DNA of 61,534 bases, counting the filler. It is 5 parts of 5 records of this genome, joined end to end, with 100 filler letters (N's around TTAATTAATTAA, not from the genome) between each part and the next. Parts side by side here need not be neighbours in the genome. Positions count along the whole stretch, not along the records: positions 44,545 to 52,580 come from DRR723986_5527; positions 52,681 to 61,534 come from DRR723986_5529; 3 more parts are not named here. One strand, 5' to 3'. How positions within the stretch are numbered: position 1 is the first letter of the stretch; each line of letters opens with the position of its first letter. Below are positions 48,997-57,694 of this stretch, in pieces. The position numbers and the translations under genes are program-made. The notes below the pieces were generated by a model. That model was not told the DNA's origin. It searched no databases and saw only the letters and a list, made by a program, of their open reading frames with translations.

Positions 48997-50391
48997 ATGA
49001 CCATGGACAGATGCTTTTCCCCCGCCGATCCCGGCGCGACCCCGGTGACGTGTGTTGCGCAAGAAGGACTGGACGCTGCCTTGCTTGCCTTGCCCGATGC
49101 TCAGGCCAAATGGGCGCGGAGCAGCGGCTTTGGTGCAGGGCTTGGCGAAGCGTGCGTTCTACCGGATGCCGAGGGTGGGATCGCTCTCGTCCTGCTTGGG
49201 CGCGGGACTGGCGCGGCACGTTCGCGCAAACGGTTTGCAATCGGCGCCGCGTTGGCCGGGTTGCCGGAAGGCACCTATCGCATCGGTGATGGCCTGCCGA
49301 ATGACGAGCGGGAAGAGGCCGCGCTTGGCTGGCTGTTGTCCGGCTATCGCTTTGGCCGCTACAAGGACGCCCCCACCCCCAAAGCGCAGCTGGTCGCACC
49401 AGAGGGGTTGGACGCTGCCGCGCTTGAAAACATCGCAGCAGGAGAGGCGCTGACACGCGACCTGATCAACACCCCCGCAAACGACATGGGCCCGGATCAG
49501 CTGGAAGACGCGGCGCGCGCGTTGGCGGACGGGTTCGGGGCGTCGGTGACTGTCACCAAGGGCGATGACCTGCTGACCAACAATTTCCCGATGATCCACG
49601 CTGTCGGTCGAGCCGCCGCGCAGGCCCCCCGTCTGATTGAGCTTTCCTGGGGCAGCGACGGCCCGACCGTCACGCTGGTCGGCAAGGGCGTCTGTTTTGA
49701 CACCGGCGGGCTGAACCTGAAACCCGGTGCCTCCATGGGCCTGATGAAAAAGGACATGGGCGGGTCGGCGACGGTTCTGGGTCTGGCACGGATGATCATG
49801 GGGGCCGGCCTGACCCTGCGGCTGCGCGTTCTGATTCCGGCGGTGGAAAACGCGGTGGCGGGCAATGCCTTTCGCCCCGGCGACATCCTGACTGCGCGCA
49901 ACGGGCTGACGGTCGAGATCAACAACACCGATGCCGAGGGGCGCCTGGTGCTGGCCGATGCGCTGTCGCTGGCCAGTGAAACGCCGCCCGATCTGCTGAT
50001 CTGCATGGCGACCCTGACCGGTGCCGCGCGGGTTGCTGTGGGCCCTGATATCGCGCCGTTTTATACCGATGACGATGGCTTTGCCGGTGCGCTTTCCGCC
50101 GCCGCCACCCGTGTCGCGGACCCGGTCTGGCGGATGCCGTTCCACGCCCCCTACGAGGCGATGATCGAACCCGGCATCGCCGATCTGGACAACGCGCCGA
50201 AGGGTGGCTTCGCCGGATCAATCACCGCCGCGCTGTTCCTGCGACGCTTCGCAAAAGATGCCCCGCGTTTCGCGCATTTCGATATCTACGGCTGGCAACC
50301 CGCTGATGCGCCCGCCCGCCCAAAAGGTGGTGTCGGGCAGGCTGCGCGGGCGATCCTTGCTGCTTTGCCAGAGGTTCTGAGCAATGACTGA
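48997..50391 (+). CDS. Leucyl aminopeptidase (M17) family protein
   Basis: VGKGVCFDTGG, MKKDMGG, NTDAEGRL, ATLTGA. Confidence 0.95.
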   Translation: MTMDRCFSPADPGATPVTCVAQEGLDAALLALPDAQAKWARSSGFGAGLGEACVLPDAEGGIALVLLGRGTGAARSRKRFAIGAALAGLPEGTYRIGDGLPNDEREEAALGWLLSGYRFGRYKDAPTPKAQLVAPEGLDAAALENIAAGEALTRDLINTPANDMGPDQLEDAARALADGFGASVTVTKGDDLLTNNFPMIHAVGRAAAQAPRLIELSWGSDGPTVTLVGKGVCFDTGGLNLKPGASMGLMKKDMGGSATVLGLARMIMGAGLTLRLRVLIPAVENAVAGNAFRPGDILTARNGLTVEINNTDAEGRLVLADALSLASETPPDLLICMATLTGAARVAVGPDIAPFYTDDDGFAGALSAAATRVADPVWRMPFHAPYEAMIEPGIADLDNAPKGGFAGSITAALFLRRFAKDAPRFAHFDIYGWQPADAPARPKGGVGQAARAILAALPEVLSND

Positions 50392-51232
50392 CACGCCCGA
50401 TCCCCGCATCACCCCAACCAATGGCCGCGTGGCCCATGTCAGCCTGCAAGGGCAGGTCGAGGCCGAAAAATTCGTTCAGGGCCGCCGCATGATGGTGATG
50501 CAGCCGATGGCCAACATCACGGATGAACCGCGCGGAAAACGGGTCAGCCAGTTGCTGTTTGGCGAGGTTTTTCACGTGCTGGAGACCTATGACGGGTTTG
50601 CCTTCGGGCAGGCGGAACGGGATGGGCAGGTGGGCTATATGCTGTCCGGTGCGCTTGGCTCGCCCGAGGAACCGACCCATTGGGTCACCTCACCCGCCAC
50701 GCATCTTTACCCAAAACCCGATCTCAAGGCCCCGCCAGAGGTGGCCATTTTCTTCGGCTCTGCGGTGAAAGTGGTGGGGGAGCGTGACGACTATTTTCGC
50801 ATCCATACCGGCCATTTCATCCCGCGCCCGCATCTGCAACCGATCCGCGCCCGCTTTGGCGACCCCGTTGGCGTGGCTGACCTGTTCCTCGGATCGCCCT
50901 ATCTCTGGGGTGGGTCCAGCCGATGGGGGATCGACTGTTCCGGGCTGGTGCAGATGGCCCTTCTGGCCTGTGGCTTTGATTGCCCGCGCGATAGTGATCA
51001 GCAGATGGTTCTGGGGCGCGAACTGCACCATGGCGAACCCTTCGTGCGCGGCGACCTCGTGTTTTGGGAAGGCCATATCGGCATGATGGCCAATGACCGG
51101 ATGCTGCTGCACGCCAATGCCACTCACATGGCCGTGGCTTACGAGCCCCTGAAAGACGCCGCGGCGCGGGTCGAGGAGAAGGGTGGCGGCCCGATTACGG
51201 CGCGGCGGCGGTTCCTGAAGCCCGGCGGCTGA
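50384..51232 (+). CDS. NlpC/P60 (C40) peptidase with SH3-like domains
   Basis: PYLWGG, GIDCSGLVQ, PRDSDQQ, GHIG, HAN. Confidence 0.93.
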   Translation: MTDTPDPRITPTNGRVAHVSLQGQVEAEKFVQGRRMMVMQPMANITDEPRGKRVSQLLFGEVFHVLETYDGFAFGQAERDGQVGYMLSGALGSPEEPTHWVTSPATHLYPKPDLKAPPEVAIFFGSAVKVVGERDDYFRIHTGHFIPRPHLQPIRARFGDPVGVADLFLGSPYLWGGSSRWGIDCSGLVQMALLACGFDCPRDSDQQMVLGRELHHGEPFVRGDLVFWEGHIGMMANDRMLLHANATHMAVAYEPLKDAAARVEEKGGGPITARRRFLKPGG

Positions 51233-51236
51233 AGGT

Positions 51237-51581
51237 TCAGTCCACGGCGCGGATCAGCTTGCGTTCCAGCACACGCAGCACGGTTTTCAGGTCGTGTCCG
51301 CGTTTCAGGATGCGCCCGTCCATGCCGATGACGGAATACTGCCCCTGCCGGTCGCGCAGCTTGGGGCGTTTTTCAATTCGGTACAGTGGATGTTCCGCCG
51401 TGCGCCGAAAGACCGAGAACACCGCGACCTCGCGCAGGCAGGATATCCCGTAATCCCGCCATTCCCCGGCGGCGACCATGCGCCCATAAAGGCCAAGGAT
51501 CACGCCAAGCTCCGTTCGGTGGAATGCCACCTGTTCCTGTTGAGGGGGGACCGGGCCCGTGGGCTGAATCTGCATGTCCAT
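51237..51581 (-). CDS. DUF2794 family protein
   Basis: F.R.EL..IL.LYGRMVAAGEWRDY, PLYRIEKRP, GRILKRGH. Confidence 0.92.
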   Translation of the reverse strand: MDMQIQPTGPVPPQQEQVAFHRTELGVILGLYGRMVAAGEWRDYGISCLREVAVFSVFRRTAEHPLYRIEKRPKLRDRQGQYSVIGMDGRILKRGHDLKTVLRVLERKLIRAVD

Positions 51582-51704
51582 GGACCAAGATTGGCCCTCA
51601 TGCAAAGACTTGGCAAGGTCCGCCTTTCAATTGCCTTGAAAGAGCCGCTGGAATTTCGCGTGCATTCCCTCAATTCGCCCAGACCCAAGGTCAAACATAT
51701 CCTT

Positions 51705-51824
51705 GTAGTGACGAGCACAGGCTCGCCTCCGGCGGATCGGTTATCTTGCCCCCACCCAGTCCGGCCCGCCGGAGGACTACGCCAGATAGAAAAGGCCCCG
51801 CGCGTTGTCGCCGGGGCCTTTTTT
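51705..51824 (+). ncRNA. Candidate structured small RNA with terminator
   Basis: gtagt/actac closing stem, cgagc-acag-gctcg hairpin, 10-bp cctccggcgg/ccgccggagg stem with C-rich loop, terminal aggccccg/cggggcct-T run. Confidence 0.5.
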
Positions 51825-51842
51825 GTTCGTTGTGGGTATGGG

Positions 51843-52580
51843 TTATTCCCGCACCAGCTTCTCATACCCTTCCGCGATCTCGCGGGCGATGGCGCCAACC
51901 TCGAAGTTGTAGTCGCCGATCTGGCCTACGGGGGTCACTTCTGCGGCGGTGCCGGTCAGCCAGCATTGCTGAAAACCTTCCAGCTCTTCCGGCATGATGT
52001 GGCGTTCGTGCACCTTGATCTGACGGTCCTTCAGCATCCCCACCACGGTCTGACGGGTCAGGCCGTTCAGGAAGCAATCGGGCAGGGGCGTATGAACCTC
52101 ACCATCCTTGACAAAGAAGATGTTCGCCCCGGTCGCTTCGGCAATATAGCCGCGATAGTCGAACATCATCGCGTCGGAACAACCCTTGGCCTCTGCCGCG
52201 TGCTTGGACAGGGTACAGATCATGTAAAGACCGGCGGCCTTGGCGTGGCTGGGGATTGTTTCCGGGCTGGGACGCTTCCACTTGGAAATGTCGAGCTTGG
52301 CGCCCTTCATCTTCGCGTCACCGTAATAGGCCCCCCATTCCCACGCGGCGATGGCCAGCCGAACGGGGTTCTTCGCGGAAGCGACGCCCATATCCTCACC
52401 GGCGCCGCGCCAGGCAACCGCGCGCACATAGGCGTCGGTCAGGCCGTTGGCTGTCAGAACTTCCTGCTTGGCGGCTTCGATCTCGTCGACCGTAAAGGGG
52501 ATCTGGAAATCGAGCTGGCCGGCCGAGAAATGCAGACGTTCGGAATGCAGGCGGCTTTTGAAGATCTTGCCGTTATAGGC
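51843..52580 (-). CDS. ilvE: Branched-chain amino acid aminotransferase (5' truncated)
   Basis: AYNGKIF, KAAGLY, EATGANIF, LNGLTRQTV, GTAAEVTPV. Confidence 0.95.
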   Translation of the reverse strand, partial: AYNGKIFKSRLHSERLHFSAGQLDFQIPFTVDEIEAAKQEVLTANGLTDAYVRAVAWRGAGEDMGVASAKNPVRLAIAAWEWGAYYGDAKMKGAKLDISKWKRPSPETIPSHAKAAGLYMICTLSKHAAEAKGCSDAMMFDYRGYIAEATGANIFFVKDGEVHTPLPDCFLNGLTRQTVVGMLKDRQIKVHERHIMPEELEGFQQCWLTGTAAEVTPVGQIGDYNFEVGAIAREIAEGYEKLVRE

Positions 52581-52680
52581 NNNNNNNNNNNNNNNNNNNN
52601 NNNNNNNNNNNNNNNNNNNNNNNNTTAATTAATTAANNNNNNNNNNNNNNNNNNNNNNNNNNNNNNNNNNNNNNNNNNNN
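52581..52680. other. Artificial contig join
   Basis: N-run plus TTAATTAATTAA. Confidence 0.99.
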
Positions 52681-52751
52681 TTCGGACGACCCCAGATGTT
52701 TTCGCCCATCCGGCGGTCAATTTTGTACTTAACGCTATGGCGCTTCGACAT
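52681..52751 (-). CDS. rpsD: 30S ribosomal protein S4, N-terminal fragment
   Basis: Translates to [23 protein letters not shown]. Confidence 0.93.
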
Positions 52752-52921
52752 CGCGGTTTCCTTTGAATTCGCGTTGTTATTTAAAAGGAAACGCGCCCTC
52801 CTTTATCGTCACAACCCGTCTTGCGACGGAAAGGTCAGATCGACAGGGACCCGGCTAGACGGCGCCGGCCGGATGCCCACGGGTGCGTAGATCCGGAAGA
52901 CATTGTCTGCCGGACCGCGCG

Positions 52922-52950
52922 GAGATACAGGCAGAGCCTTGAAATGTCAA
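52922..52950 (-). promoter_or_regulatory. Sigma-70 promoter of rpsD
   Basis: TTGACA-N17-TATCTC on minus strand. Confidence 0.65.
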
Positions 52951-53242
52951 TCCGTGCACCCGGTTCGCTTCGGAAAAGACCCGCCGAACCCGGCCAATTC
53001 TGCTTATTTTGTCGGACAAGCAGGCATATTTAACGGTTCAGATGGAATTCATTGCCATAATTTATGACGTAGCGTCCACAAAATGGGGAAAACAATGCAT
53101 ACATTTAGAGATTTTTAATTGCAGCTTTTCACTATGCAATCGCCGTTGCAACCATAGCGAATAATATCAGTGCAACGGACTGTTCCGAGACCCCATCAAA
53201 CAACGGAAGCTTATCGGCCGGACCTCGGCAATAGGATCTAGA

Positions 53243-55039
53243 ATGTCAGCGAATCGTCAACCAGTTCTTCAGACAGTTCCGGAAGCGCCCGGCTTGCTCT
53301 GTCGTACGCCGAAGGACACGCTGGCGAAACTGGATTATGCCCTTCAGCCGGTCGTCGATATCGGCACCGGTGTTGTTTACGGCTATGAGGCCCAGATCCG
53401 GAACTGCGATCTTGTCGGTGCGCAATCTCCTGACGAACTGATCGATTTTGCCCACGCCGAAGGGTATCTGCCCCAGTTGGAGGCCCATCTTCTGGCAAAG
53501 GCGATGAACCGCTTCGGCAGGTTGAAAATCGCCCAGGGCACCAAACTCTATTTCAAGCTGGATGGACGCGACCTCGGCCAGGACAACGATCCGCGCATGC
53601 GGCTGGCAGGCCTTGTGGCGGAAGCCGGCTTGCAGGTGAACCAGATCTGTCTGGAATTTTCCGAGCGCCACCAACAGACCTTCACCGACGTTACCCACCA
53701 CGCCGTCAACGACCTGCGCCAACTGGGCTTCCTGATCGCGCTTGACGATTTCGGCCGGGGCTCTTCCGAGCTGCGTCTGCTGCACGACATGTCACCCGAC
53801 TACGTCAAGATCGACCGTTTCTTCCTGAACGGCATCGATTGCGACGCCAGGCGCAAGCTGTTTGTCACCACGGTGGCCAACCTGGCGCACGTGCTGGGCG
53901 CAAGGGTGATTGCCGAAGGTGTTGAAACGGAGAGCGAGTTCAAGGCCTGCCGGGAAGCCGGCTGCGACCTGATCCAGGGCTACTTCGTCGCCAAGCCCTT
54001 CCAGGAAGCTTCTTCCGCCAAGCTCTTTTATGACCATGTGCGCGCGCCGGGTGTCGGCCGCAAGCGCCGGGAGGAGCTGGACCGGATCCGCAACGAGCTG
54101 ATCAAGGTACCGACCATCCAGTCGAACGCTTCCATGAACGACCTGCTCGACATGGTGGTCCATAACCAGGAGGCCAGTGTGGTTCCGGTTGTGGATGCCA
54201 ACAACGAGCCGCGCGGCCTGATCCACGAACGCGACCTGAAAGCCTATCTTTATGCGGGCGCACCGGACGACGACGATGCCAAGGCGGCCCTCGATTTCCC
54301 GCTGCGCTCTTTTGTGCGCGCCTGCCCGATCGCCGACATCGATTCCAATGCGGACATGCTGCTGGTGACCTTTGCCTCCTCGATCAATTCGGATGGCATC
54401 ATCATCACCGAGAACTTCCGCTATGCCGGTTTCCTGTCAGCCACCTCTCTTCTGAAGATCATTCACGAAAAGCGTCTTCAGGAAGCGCAGGACCAGAACC
54501 CGCTGACCCGCCTGCCGGGCAATGGCGCCATTTCCAGGTTCATTGCCGAAAGCGGGCGCAAGGGCACGTACGACCGGCACATGTGTTATTTCGACTTCGA
54601 TAACTTCAAGCCGTTCAACGACACCTATGGCTATCGCCAGGGTGACCGGGCGATCATTCTGTTCAGCGAACTGCTGCAGCGTCATATTTCAGGGTCAGGC
54701 ACGTTTTACGGCCATATCGGCGGGGACGATTTCTTCGCCGGTTTCCAGAATGTCGACCAGACCGATGTTGCTGCGCGCATGCTGGCGCTGAAACGTGCAT
54801 TCCGCCTGGATGTGGAAAGCTTCTATGAACCCGAGCACCGGGAACGCGGCTTCATCGAAGCCCAGGACCGCTTCGGCACGACACGGCAGTTCCCGCTGCT
54901 GCAGTGTTCCATATCGATCCTCAGCCTGCCCAAGGGCCTGACGCTGCATCCCGATACGCTCAACCACGAAATCATGGAACTGAAGCGCGCCGCCAAGCGC
55001 TCCGACGACGGCCTGGCCGTCAAATGCCTGGCTGCGTGA
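53243..55039 (+). CDS. EAL-CBS-GGDEF c-di-GMP signalling protein
   Basis: QPVVD..GYEAQ, DDFGRG, AEGVET, CBS-like region, NPLTRLPGN, FKPFNDTYG, HIGGDDF. Confidence 0.92.
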   Translation: MSANRQPVLQTVPEAPGLLCRTPKDTLAKLDYALQPVVDIGTGVVYGYEAQIRNCDLVGAQSPDELIDFAHAEGYLPQLEAHLLAKAMNRFGRLKIAQGTKLYFKLDGRDLGQDNDPRMRLAGLVAEAGLQVNQICLEFSERHQQTFTDVTHHAVNDLRQLGFLIALDDFGRGSSELRLLHDMSPDYVKIDRFFLNGIDCDARRKLFVTTVANLAHVLGARVIAEGVETESEFKACREAGCDLIQGYFVAKPFQEASSAKLFYDHVRAPGVGRKRREELDRIRNELIKVPTIQSNASMNDLLDMVVHNQEASVVPVVDANNEPRGLIHERDLKAYLYAGAPDDDDAKAALDFPLRSFVRACPIADIDSNADMLLVTFASSINSDGIIITENFRYAGFLSATSLLKIIHEKRLQEAQDQNPLTRLPGNGAISRFIAESGRKGTYDRHMCYFDFDNFKPFNDTYGYRQGDRAIILFSELLQRHISGSGTFYGHIGGDDFFAGFQNVDQTDVAARMLALKRAFRLDVESFYEPEHRERGFIEAQDRFGTTRQFPLLQCSISILSLPKGLTLHPDTLNHEIMELKRAAKRSDDGLAVKCLAA

Positions 55040-55241
55040 GGCCAAGCCACACTTCTACCCGTCCCGGGAAACACTTTCCGCTTTCTCACCTGACCGGCGG
55101 ACACGGCTCTGAGCGCACCTCTCAAAGGAGGGCACGTTCGGGATGATGCCTTACGCTGCTCTGTGGCTCGGTTCGCGGAAAAGATCCGTGCGACAGGTGG
55201 CCAGGGAAAATGGCCCGTGCGACGTGCGACTACGCTGCCAA

Positions 55242-56036
55242 TCAGTCAAGTACCAGGCCAAACCCGGCCAACAGCCGTGACACCCCCGCATCCTTCGTAC
55301 CCGAGGTGAAGATCGCCCGATCTGGCAGATGGCGCGAAGGCTCACTTGCGGCCCCCTCCCCCAGAACACGGACCAACTGGCGGGCGATGGCTTCCGCCGG
55401 ATCCAGCCAGTCGACCGGCCAGGGAGCAATCCTGCGGAAACGGTTGGCGAGAAACGGATAGTGGGTGCAGGCCAGCACGACGATGTCGGTTCGCTTGCCG
55501 TCCTGCTCCAGGAAACAGTCAGAGATTTCCGGCAGAAGGTCTGCGTCGGAGACAATGTCGCCACGCAGATGTTTTTCGGCCAGTTCCGCCAGCTTGTCCG
55601 ATCCGACAAGCCGGACATGGCACTGGCTGGCAAAACTCTCGATCAGGCTTCGTGTATAGGTTCTGCGCACCGTACCCGGCGTTGCCAGAACCGAGATCAG
55701 CCCGGATGAAGTACGCTCCGCCGCCGGCTTGATTGCCGGAACAGTGCCGACAAAAGGCACGTCAGGATGTCTCTCTCGCAAGGCGTCCCCTGCGAGCGTG
55801 AAGGCTGTATTGCAGGCAATCACCACCGCCTTGGGGCCGTGTTCGGCAATCAGATCGTCGAAAAGGGATACGATCCGTTCTTTCAATTCCGCTTCCGGCC
55901 AGCGGCCGATGGGAAAGGCCGCATCGTCGGCGACATAAAGGAGCGGCTCATAAGGCAGCAGATATCGCGCTTCGCGCAGCACCGTGAGCCCACCAAGACC
56001 TGAATCGAAAAAGAGTACCGGCCCCGAACCCTGCAA
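55242..56036 (-). CDS. murI: Glutamate racemase
   Basis: [30 protein letters not shown]. Confidence 0.96.
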   Translation of the reverse strand: MQGSGPVLFFDSGLGGLTVLREARYLLPYEPLLYVADDAAFPIGRWPEAELKERIVSLFDDLIAEHGPKAVVIACNTAFTLAGDALRERHPDVPFVGTVPAIKPAAERTSSGLISVLATPGTVRRTYTRSLIESFASQCHVRLVGSDKLAELAEKHLRGDIVSDADLLPEISDCFLEQDGKRTDIVVLACTHYPFLANRFRRIAPWPVDWLDPAEAIARQLVRVLGEGAASEPSRHLPDRAIFTSGTKDAGVSRLLAGFGLVLD

Positions 56037-56045
56037 GATCTGCCT

Positions 56046-56858
56046 CTATTCTTCGCTGCCTGAACCTGATCTGTCCTTGCGCGGTCGCGTTTCCCGTTTT
56101 TCCAGCGAGGCCACGACACCGCGCAGCGCGCGCACTTCCTGGTCGGTCAACTCCGCCTTCTGGAAGATGTTGCGCAGCGTGCGCACCATATGCGGCCGCC
56201 GCTCCGGCGGACGGAAGAAGGTAGCCTTGTCGAGTGCCCCTTCCAGGTGCTCGAAGAAACGCAGCACTTCCTCCTTCTTCGCCGGTGGATGCACTTCTTC
56301 CGACAGGATAAAGGGCAATGCGCCGGACGTCGCTGTCTTGCGCCATTCATAGGCACACACCAGCACTGCCTGTGCAATGTTCAGCGAGGCAAAATCAGGA
56401 TCGACCGGCAGCGTGACGATCTCGTCGGCGAGAGCCACTTCCTCGTTGTTGAGGCCCCAGCGCTCTCGGCCGAACAGATAACCGGTCGCGGCGCCCTGTT
56501 CTCCAAGTTCGACGGATTTTTTGGCAGCTTCATCCGGCCCCCGCACAGGCTTGGGCACTTCGCGCGAGCGGGCAGTGGTGGCGAAGACGAATTGCAGATC
56601 GGCAATAGCCGCTTCGACACTGTCGAAAACCTGCACCTTGTCGATGACGTGATCCGCCCGGCTTGCCGCGGCTCTTGCCTTCTCACTCGGCCAGCCGTCG
56701 CGCGGATTGACGATCCGCAGATCCACCAGACCGAAATTCGCCATCGCCCTTGCCGCCGTGCCGATGTTCTCGCCAAGCTGCGGCTCGCAAAGGATCACCG
56801 CCGGCGGCTTGGCCGTCACGGCGCGGGCTTCGTCTCTGATGTGTGCATTCTTGCTCAT
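56046..56858 (-). CDS. trmJ: tRNA/rRNA methyltransferase, TrmJ/SPOUT family
   Basis: PQLGENIG..ARAMANFG, FGRERWGL, SLNIAQAV. Confidence 0.92.
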   Translation of the reverse strand: MSKNAHIRDEARAVTAKPPAVILCEPQLGENIGTAARAMANFGLVDLRIVNPRDGWPSEKARAAASRADHVIDKVQVFDSVEAAIADLQFVFATTARSREVPKPVRGPDEAAKKSVELGEQGAATGYLFGRERWGLNNEEVALADEIVTLPVDPDFASLNIAQAVLVCAYEWRKTATSGALPFILSEEVHPPAKKEEVLRFFEHLEGALDKATFFRPPERRPHMVRTLRNIFQKAELTDQEVRALRGVVASLEKRETRPRKDRSGSGSEE

Positions 56859-57319
56859 GAAGCGGGGATTTAGCGGAAGCAACGTCGGATGAAAAGACCG
56901 AAAGGCCTGCACCACAGCTGCGGTCGGCCTCATTCCTCCAATAAATACGATGATTTTTGAGGTCCGTCTGCGTTCCGTGCATCTTGGTCTTGTCAGACGC
57001 ATCTCCGCCACTGCTCGGAAGGTCTCTCGTTTTCCGAGGGGAAGCCGGTTCGCCGGCACCACAATCTGGCGCTGGAAAGCGTCAAAGCCTGAGATTGAAA
57101 CATGTGCGTGTGGGTGACCCAACGCTTTCCCAAGGCCGGGAAGTCCAGACATCCTGAAATCACGCGATTACCCCTACGATTAAACAACACTGCAAATATT
57201 ACCCAGGCACACAAACATCTTATTGTTAATATTTGAGATAAATTGCAGGAAAGATACAATATCAACTTTACACACCCTCAATAAGTGCAGGGGATACTGC
57301 TTTTCACGTTTCAATTCGG

Positions 57320-57694
57320 GTGTATTTCGTGCGAAAATCTGCAACCCTCTTCCAGACTTATTGTCCAGCGGTTTCAATGCTTTGCGTTGCCGTTCTGTTC
57401 AGTGCGGGGCTGCTTGTGACCAAGAACGCCGGTGCGGTGGGACTGCAGGCAGTGGCTGTATTTCCGCCCTGGTTTTCTGAACGACAAAGCTTCACTTCGG
57501 TAGCGCTTACCGGAGCCCCCATCGCAGCACCCGGACCTTTCGACTGGATGGTGGTCGCCATTCCGCAATCCGCGCAACAGTCGCAAAGTCTGAAATCTTC
57601 CAACGCACTCTTTCTGCTCAATGCCGAATTTGCACGGTTGTGCGGTATCGACCAGCACGGCCCCAGACTATCGGAGGCACAACCGGTCGAATGA
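57320..57694 (+). CDS. Small hypothetical membrane-anchored protein (start uncertain; ATG 57377 alternative)
   Basis: Hydrophobic N-terminus, VAVFPPW motif; stop overlaps next ATG (ATGA). Confidence 0.6.
   Translation: MYFVRKSATLFQTYCPAVSMLCVAVLFSAGLLVTKNAGAVGLQAVAVFPPWFSERQSFTSVALTGAPIAAPGPFDWMVVAIPQSAQQSQSLKSSNALFLLNAEFARLCGIDQHGPRLSEAQPVE

Noticed and set aside
56859-57152. 97-aa N-terminal extension of TrmJ in the ORF track
   Set aside because: Family homology begins near ATG 56858; the extension looks like open intergenic sequence
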